Assembly (NCBI GenBank): GCA_003599485.1
Contig: QZKM01000019.1
Coordinates: 9,806-73,805, forward strand
DNA: 64,000 bases
Direction of reading: 5' to 3'
DNA from: Gammaproteobacteria bacterium
GTDB taxonomy: Bacteria > Pseudomonadota > Gammaproteobacteria > SURF-13
Below, in pieces: positions 58,434 to 64,000 of this stretch. A program made the position numbers and the translations under genes. Under the pieces are notes generated by a model, which did no database searches, was not told the origin of the DNA, and saw only the letters and a program-made list of their open reading frames with translations. Within the stretch, counting starts at the first letter, position 1. Each line of letters begins with the position of its first letter.

Positions 58434-59483
58434 TTATAAAAGGGGCAGCGTGCCTGCACCAGCGCCGGCAAGGGCATGAAGTTCTTTCACCGCCTGCCGC
58501 CAGACCGTGCTCTGGCGCAGCGCGTCGCTGCTCCAGACCCCGCGCCCGTGCATGCGCGCCAGGCGCAGGTGCGCGACGGGATCGCTGTACCCCTCCAGGC
58601 TTTCAATGACCTCAATCGCCGCGTTGCGCCGGTTGCATACCAGCACCATGTCGCAGCCTGCATCCAGCGCCGCGCGTGCGCGTTCGGTGTAACCGCCCGC
58701 CGTGGCCGCGCCTTCCATGCTGAGATCGTCGCTGAAGATCACGCCCTGGAAATTGAGCCGTGAACGCAGCACGTCTTTCAGCCAGAACGCGGAAAAACCC
58801 GCGGGCGCCTCATCCACGGCGGAATAAATCACATGTGCCGGCATGATGGCGGCAAGCCCATAGTGAATCATGCGCTCGAACGGCACGATGTCTTCGGAGT
58901 AAATATCCTCGTAACGGCGCTCATCCACCGGCACGGCGAGATGGGAATCGGCCGCCACCGCGCCATGTCCGGGAAAGTGTTTGCCGGTCGCCGCCATCCC
59001 GGCCTGTTGCATACCGCTCATATAAGAGTGCGCGAGGTCCGCGACGATTTCCGGGTCGCTGTGAAAGGCGCGATCCCCGATCACCGCGCTCACGCCGCGA
59101 TCGAGATCAAGCACCGGCGCGAAACTGAAATCCACGCCCGCCGTGCGCAGTTCGCTCGCCATGACAAAGCCGCATTGCTCTGCGAGCTGTTTGGCGCGCC
59201 TGCGCCTGGCGTCATACATCTCGCCCAGCCGCCGCGCCGCGGGCAATGCGGTGTAGCCCGCGCGGAAACGTTGTATGCGCCCGCCCTCGTGATCCACCGC
59301 CACCAGCAAGCGCGGCTCGCGCAGGGCGTGAATCGCGCTGACGAGCGCTGTAACCTGCTCCGGCGAGTGATAGTTGCGCGTGAACAGAATGACGCCGCCC
59401 ACCGCGGGGTGGCGCAGCAGCTCGCGTTCCTCCGGGCTTAATTCCAGACCGGCCAGATCGAGCATCACGGGGCCGAGCGGCAT
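58434..59483 (-). CDS. nagZ: Beta-N-acetylhexosaminidase NagZ (GH3)
   Basis: GGVILF, VDHEGGRIQR, KHFPGHG, DSH, SDDLSMEGA. Confidence 0.95.
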   Translation of the reverse strand: MPLGPVMLDLAGLELSPEERELLRHPAVGGVILFTRNYHSPEQVTALVSAIHALREPRLLVAVDHEGGRIQRFRAGYTALPAARRLGEMYDARRRRAKQLAEQCGFVMASELRTAGVDFSFAPVLDLDRGVSAVIGDRAFHSDPEIVADLAHSYMSGMQQAGMAATGKHFPGHGAVAADSHLAVPVDERRYEDIYSEDIVPFERMIHYGLAAIMPAHVIYSAVDEAPAGFSAFWLKDVLRSRLNFQGVIFSDDLSMEGAATAGGYTERARAALDAGCDMVLVCNRRNAAIEVIESLEGYSDPVAHLRLARMHGRGVWSSDALRQSTVWRQAVKELHALAGAGAGTLPLL

Positions 59484-59486
59484 AAC

Positions 59487-59969
59487 TTACTCCTTAATCA
59501 ACACGCGCGTGCCAACGGCGGCGCGGTCGAATAACTCTATCACTTCGCTGTTGCGCATCTTTACGCAGCCATGCGAGCCGGGCACGCCCATCACGTCTTC
59601 ATCGGGACAGCCGTGGATGTAAATATAGCGCCGCATGGTGTCCACCCGGCCGAGGCGGTTCTTGCCCGGCTCACCGCCGCTCAACCACAAAATGCGCGTG
59701 AGTATCCAGTCGCGTTGCGGAAATTTTTTACGCAACTCCGGCGTATACATCTCGCCCGTGGGCCGGCGTTCGACAAATACCGTATTTGCCGGGCAGCCCG
59801 CGCCCACCCTGGCGCGGATCACATGCCAGCCGCGCGGGGTACATTCACTGCCGTTGATCTCGCCCACGCCTTTTTTCGCCGTGCTCACCGCGACATCCAT
59901 GAGCGCCCTGCCGTTCTCATAAAGACGCAGGCGCTGCTCTCTCACGCTGATTTCAATATGCGGCGTCAT
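59487..59969 (-). CDS. L,D-transpeptidase (YkuD family)
   Basis: VSTAKKG, TPRG, YIYIHG...GSHGCVKM; start 59969 gives an ATGA overlap with the cysG stop. Confidence 0.9.
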   Translation of the reverse strand: MTPHIEISVREQRLRLYENGRALMDVAVSTAKKGVGEINGSECTPRGWHVIRARVGAGCPANTVFVERRPTGEMYTPELRKKFPQRDWILTRILWLSGGEPGKNRLGRVDTMRRYIYIHGCPDEDVMGVPGSHGCVKMRNSEVIELFDRAAVGTRVLIKE

Positions 59970-61351
59970 TGCGGCGCAAACCAGGCGAGCTTCCGGTGCA
60001 GGCGCACCACCTCGCCGATGATAATCAACGTCGGCGCATGTACTTCCGTCTGTTGCACGATGTCCGGCAGGGTGCCGAGCGTGCCGATCAGCACGCGCTG
60101 GGCGCGCGTGGCGCCCTGCTGTATCAGCGCAGCGGGCATCGCGGCGGACATGCCGTGCGCGATGAGTTCGCGGCACAACACATCCATGCCGAGCAGGCCC
60201 ATGTACACGACGACGGTCTGCTGCGGCTGCACCAGCGCGTTCCAGTTCAAATCCATGCCGCCATCTTTGAGATGGCCGGTGACGAACACGCATGACTGCG
60301 CGTAATCGCGGTGCGTGAGCGGAATACCGGCGTAGGCCGCGCAGCCGGAGGCGGCGGTAATGCCCGGCGCCACTTGAAACGGAATGCCGTGCTCGGCCAG
60401 CGTATCTATCTCCTCGCCGCCGCGCCCGAAGATGAACGGATCGCCGCCCTTCAGCCGCAGCACGCGCTTGCCCTGCCGGGCGTACTGCACCAGCAGTTCA
60501 TTGATTTTTTCCTGGCGCACCGTGTGCTGCATGGCCTTTTTGCCGACGTAAATCCGCTCGGCCTCGGCGCGCACCAGATTCAATATCTGTTCCGGAATCA
60601 GGCGGTCATAGAGCACCACGTCCGCCTGCTGCATCAGGCGCAGCGCGCGGAAGGTAAGCAGGTCGGGATCGCCCGGCCCCGCGCCGACCAGATAGACTTC
60701 ACCGCCAACGTCCGCGTCCGCGCCGCTATCCAGCGCGGTCTGCAACGCGCTGCGCGCGGCCTGATCCTGGCCGCTCAACACGCGTTCCGCGACAAGGCCT
60801 TGCAACACGCTTTCCCAGAAGCGGCGGCGCTGCTCCGGTTTTTCAAAACGCTGTTTGACCTTGCCGCGGAACTCCGCCGCGAGCGCAGCCAGCCGCCCGT
60901 ATGCCGCCGGGATCAGGGTCTCCAGCCGCGCGCGCAACAGGCGCGTGAGCGCCGGCGCTGCTCCGCCGGAAGACACTGCAATCAGCACCGGCGAGCGATC
61001 CACGATGGAGGGCATGATAAAGCTGCACAATGCGGGGTTATCCACCACGTTGACCGGGATGTTTTTTTGCGCAGCCAGCTCGGATACGCGCTGATTGACC
61101 GCGTGATCGTCCGTTGCCGCGATGACCAGCGCACATTCGTTCAGATCATGCGCGCTGACTTCCCGCGCGTGGTGGGTAATTTTTCCCTGCGCTGCCAACT
61201 CTTGCAGGGAAGAGCCCAGCGCGGGCGCCGCCACGCTGACGCGCGCACCGGCGCGGAGCAGCAGCCGCGCCTTGCGCACCGCGACCTCGCCGCCGCCCGC
61301 AATCAGGCACGGCTTACCCCTGATGTTCAGAAAAACCGGCAGGAAGTCCAT
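59966..61351 (-). CDS. cysG: Siroheme synthase (multifunctional)
   Basis: [53 protein letters not shown]. Confidence 0.95.
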   Translation of the reverse strand: MDFLPVFLNIRGKPCLIAGGGEVAVRKARLLLRAGARVSVAAPALGSSLQELAAQGKITHHAREVSAHDLNECALVIAATDDHAVNQRVSELAAQKNIPVNVVDNPALCSFIMPSIVDRSPVLIAVSSGGAAPALTRLLRARLETLIPAAYGRLAALAAEFRGKVKQRFEKPEQRRRFWESVLQGLVAERVLSGQDQAARSALQTALDSGADADVGGEVYLVGAGPGDPDLLTFRALRLMQQADVVLYDRLIPEQILNLVRAEAERIYVGKKAMQHTVRQEKINELLVQYARQGKRVLRLKGGDPFIFGRGGEEIDTLAEHGIPFQVAPGITAASGCAAYAGIPLTHRDYAQSCVFVTGHLKDGGMDLNWNALVQPQQTVVVYMGLLGMDVLCRELIAHGMSAAMPAALIQQGATRAQRVLIGTLGTLPDIVQQTEVHAPTLIIIGEVVRLHRKLAWFAPQ

Positions 61352-61365
61352 GGGGAAAGAGAATC

Positions 61366-61635
61366 TTAACGGGTTTCAAATCCGCTGATATCGAGCCACT
61401 CCATCGGCTCGGCGCGCACCTCTGTCACGAGCGCGCGCGGCGGCCCGGCCCGCAGCCAGCCGTGCAACGCCTTCAGTCCGGTTTCCTCGCCGCACGCCAC
61501 CACCTCCACGCTTCCGTCCGGCAAATTGCGCGCCCAGCCGGTCAGCCCGCGCGCCAGCGCCTGTTCGCGCGCCGAGGCGCGGAAAAACACGCCCTGCACC
61601 CGCCCCGACACCCGATAACGCGTGCATCGCTTCAC
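61366..61635 (-). CDS. acyP: Acylphosphatase
   Basis: [23 protein letters not shown]; GTG start. Confidence 0.92.
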   Translation of the reverse strand: MKRCTRYRVSGRVQGVFFRASAREQALARGLTGWARNLPDGSVEVVACGEETGLKALHGWLRAGPPRALVTEVRAEPMEWLDISGFETR

Positions 61636-61654
61636 GGCGGCGGAGAAAAATCGT

Positions 61655-62146
61655 TCAGCGTTTTACGGATACCACGGAACGCGGCCCCTGCTTCCGGATA
61701 AACTGCTCGATCATTTCGCTCGAAAGGCCGCCGAGATGCGAGGCCGCGATGTCTCCCGCGGGTGAAATCAGGTAAGTGGTGGGGAAGCCCGGTATGGGGC
61801 CCAGCGGCGACTGGTAATTCACGCTCGCGCGCAGCACCGGATAGCTCAGGAAATGATCTTCGGCGAACTCGCGCAGCACCGGAGCATCCATGCCGTCCAT
61901 GTTGACGCCGAGCACCACGGCGTCTTTATCCTTGTGCCGGTCGTGAAACGCGGAAAGCTCAGGCATCTCGTCCAGGCACGGCTGGCAGTCGCTCGCCCAA
62001 TAGTTCACCACCACCCACTTGCCGCGGTAATCCGACAGCCGGTGATTAACGCCCTGGGCGTCAGGTAGGGTAAAATCCTGAGCCAGGGCAACGCCACCGG
62101 CCGCCACGAATAACCACAACCCTATTATGCTTATGTATCTGCGCAT
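61655..62146 (-). CDS. TlpA-family thiol-disulfide oxidoreductase
   Basis: Signal peptide, LSDYRGKWVVVNYWASDCQPC, GFPTTYLI. Confidence 0.9.
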   Translation of the reverse strand: MRRYISIIGLWLFVAAGGVALAQDFTLPDAQGVNHRLSDYRGKWVVVNYWASDCQPCLDEMPELSAFHDRHKDKDAVVLGVNMDGMDAPVLREFAEDHFLSYPVLRASVNYQSPLGPIPGFPTTYLISPAGDIAASHLGGLSSEMIEQFIRKQGPRSVVSVKR

Positions 62147-62182
62147 GATAAAACCTTGCTTCCCGAGTCACTACAAATAACA

Positions 62183-63580
62183 ATGAATGATAACAGTTTT
62201 CGCATAGAGAGAGACAGCCTGGGCGAGTACAAGGTTCCGCGCGAGGCGTGGTACGGCATCCAGACCGCGCGCGCGCTGGCCAATTTTTCCATCAGCGGGC
62301 GCGGCCCCGACCGCGATTTCACCCTGGCCCAGGTGCGCATCAAGCGCGCTGCGGCCGCAGCCAATCAACAGTGCGGCGTGCTGGAGGGGCGTCTGGCGCA
62401 GGCCATCATCGCCGCCTGCGATGAGATACTCGCGGGCGCGCATCTCGATCAGTTCGTGGTGGATCGTTTCCAGGCAGGCGCCGGCACCAGCCACAACATG
62501 AACGTAAACGAGGTGATCGCCAACCTCGCCAACGTGGCGCTGGGCGGCGAACGCGGCGCGTACCAGCCCATCCACCCCAACGACCACGTCAACCTGGGGC
62601 AGAGCACCAACGACACCATCCCCACCGCGCTGCGCCTCGCCGCGCTCGCCAAGCTGCCGCGCCTCATCGCCGCCGTGCGCGCCATGGCCGGGGAATTTTC
62701 CCGCCTGGGCGCGCAGGAAAAAGACACGGTGAAAAGCGCGCGCACCCACCTGCAGGACGCCGTGCCCACCACCCTGGGGCGCGAATTCAACGCCTATGCC
62801 TGGACCTTGCAGCGCTGCATCCAGCGCCTGGATGATACGCGCGCGCCGTTGTGCGAAATCGGCCTCGGCGGCACCGCCGCCGGCACCGGCCTCAACGCCG
62901 CGCCCGGTTACACGGAAAAAGCGGCAATCGAACTTGCGCGCCTGACCGGCGAGCCGCTGCACCCGGCGAGCGACCTCGCCGCGCAGATGCAATCCATGCT
63001 TGACCTGCAAAATGTGAGCAACGCCGTGCGCGCCCTCGCCCTGGAGCTCACGCGCATCAGCAACGATCTGCGCCTGCTCGCCTCCGGCCCGCGCACCGGA
63101 ATCGGCGAGATCATCCCGCCCGCCGTGCAGCCCGGCTCCAGCATCATGCCGGGCAAGGTGAATCCGGTCATGTTCGAGATGCTGAACCAGGTGTGTTATC
63201 AGGCGCAGGGACAGGATCACGCCATCGCGCTCATGACCCAGGCCGGGCAACTGGAACTGAACGTGATGATGCCCGCGCTCGGCTCGGCGCTGTTCGACGC
63301 CATGGAATGGCTCACCCGCGCCATCCACGCGGCTACGGAATACGGACTCAAGGGCTTGACCGTTGACCGGGAACGCTGCAAGGAATTCCTGCACAACAGC
63401 GTAGGCCTCGCCACCCTGCTCAACCCGCAGATCGGCTACGCCCAGGCGGCCAAACTCGCGCAAGAGTCGGAAAAAACCGGCAAACCGGTACGCGACATCG
63501 TCGCCGCGCACGGCCTGATGAGCGCGGAAGAATTCGACGCCCTGGTTTTGAAAGCCGCACGCGACGGACAAAGCGCATGA
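62183..63580 (+). CDS. aspA: Aspartate ammonia-lyase / class II fumarase family
   Basis: RIERDSLGE, QAGAGTSHNMNVNEV, HPNDHVNLGQSTND, GSSIMPGKVNPV; aspartase versus fumarase not resolved. Confidence 0.8.
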   Translation: MNDNSFRIERDSLGEYKVPREAWYGIQTARALANFSISGRGPDRDFTLAQVRIKRAAAAANQQCGVLEGRLAQAIIAACDEILAGAHLDQFVVDRFQAGAGTSHNMNVNEVIANLANVALGGERGAYQPIHPNDHVNLGQSTNDTIPTALRLAALAKLPRLIAAVRAMAGEFSRLGAQEKDTVKSARTHLQDAVPTTLGREFNAYAWTLQRCIQRLDDTRAPLCEIGLGGTAAGTGLNAAPGYTEKAAIELARLTGEPLHPASDLAAQMQSMLDLQNVSNAVRALALELTRISNDLRLLASGPRTGIGEIIPPAVQPGSSIMPGKVNPVMFEMLNQVCYQAQGQDHAIALMTQAGQLELNVMMPALGSALFDAMEWLTRAIHAATEYGLKGLTVDRERCKEFLHNSVGLATLLNPQIGYAQAAKLAQESEKTGKPVRDIVAAHGLMSAEEFDALVLKAARDGQSA

Positions 63581-63635
63581 AGAATTGTTGACAGGGAGGA
63601 CAGTATCTACCGGGCTCGGATGATACTTCCCTTAG

Positions 63636-64000
63636 TCATGTAGCCGTCAGAGGCAATGAGCTTTTTACTGCAAATCCCTCTGACACAAAAAATTTCAAAA
63701 TACGATTCGGGCTATCAGATATAAATCTCATTAACCTCATCACAAAAACAAAAGATGCTAAAAGAATAATAGATACTCCCACAAGTATAAGGCTATAAGT
63801 TCCACTCCAGTTTTCTAAGTACCCAAATGAGTATCCAAATATAATTCGCCCCCAAGTAATCAGGCCATGCACAAGGAAAAAGATGGCGCCAATTAGCCAC
63901 ACTCCAAGCCATGCTAATGCAAAAAACCTAAAGCCGGGTAAGAGAGAAAATTTTCCACTAATACGGGTCGAGCCATCAACAGGCTCCATGCGTCCCCTGT
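63636..64000 (-). CDS. AT-rich hypothetical membrane protein, probably 5'-partial (frame open to the window edge)
   Basis: Two hydrophobic segments; no in-frame stop between ATG 63989 and position 64000. Confidence 0.55.
   Translation of the reverse strand, partial: RGRMEPVDGSTRISGKFSLLPGFRFFALAWLGVWLIGAIFFLVHGLITWGRIIFGYSFGYLENWSGTYSLILVGVSIILLASFVFVMRLMRFISDSPNRILKFFVSEGFAVKSSLPLTAT

Noticed and set aside
60311-61369. 352-aa plus-strand ORF
   Set aside because: Antisense shadow of cysG
62171-63571. 466-aa minus-strand ORF
   Set aside because: Codon-register mirror of aspA; no independent evidence

Overview
Bacterial chromosomal window, most likely from a GC-rich gammaproteobacterium (judged from gene content and synteny; taxon not verifiable here). 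It has two parts. (1) Positions 1-43,100 hold one long, co-directional minus-strand surface-glycan locus (O-antigen/EPS type, Wzx/Wzy) that runs off the left edge. It is headed by rfaH, an EPS-associated MarR-type regulator and a perfect ops element, followed by manC-gmd-fcl, UDP-GlcA decarboxylase, a decayed FkbM methyltransferase, an AsnB-like amidotransferase and several glycosyltransferases. Two sugar-tailoring modules follow. One has a C-methyltransferase, cupin epimerase, GHMP kinase, SIS isomerase, SDRs, nucleotidyltransferase, O-methyltransferase and CmcI protein. The other has a twitch/SPASM radical SAM, a split ThDP E1 alpha/beta without E2/E3, a ColD-type 3-dehydratase, nucleotidyltransferase, SDR, LhgO-like oxidase, NUDIX, DedA, GT2, B12 radical SAM and a second GHMP kinase. 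The best candidate for an undescribed system is this second module, inferred to make a branched-chain or C-methylated 3,6-dideoxy GDP-sugar and possibly deliver it on a lipid carrier. (2) Positions 43,190-64,000 are mostly housekeeping genes (ChaN-PDZ, M1 peptidase, aat, bpt, infA, clpA, clpS, yihY, mfd, def, mtnP, hpt, nagZ, L,D-transpeptidase, cysG, acyP, TlpA, aspA), plus an AT-rich orphan fused to the mfd 3' end. Palindromic repeats recur: two sit in-frame inside coding sequences (gmd, ChaN), and two MITE-like elements share IS5-like terminal repeats but carry different hairpin cargo. No rRNA, tRNA, CRISPR array or intact transposase was seen.
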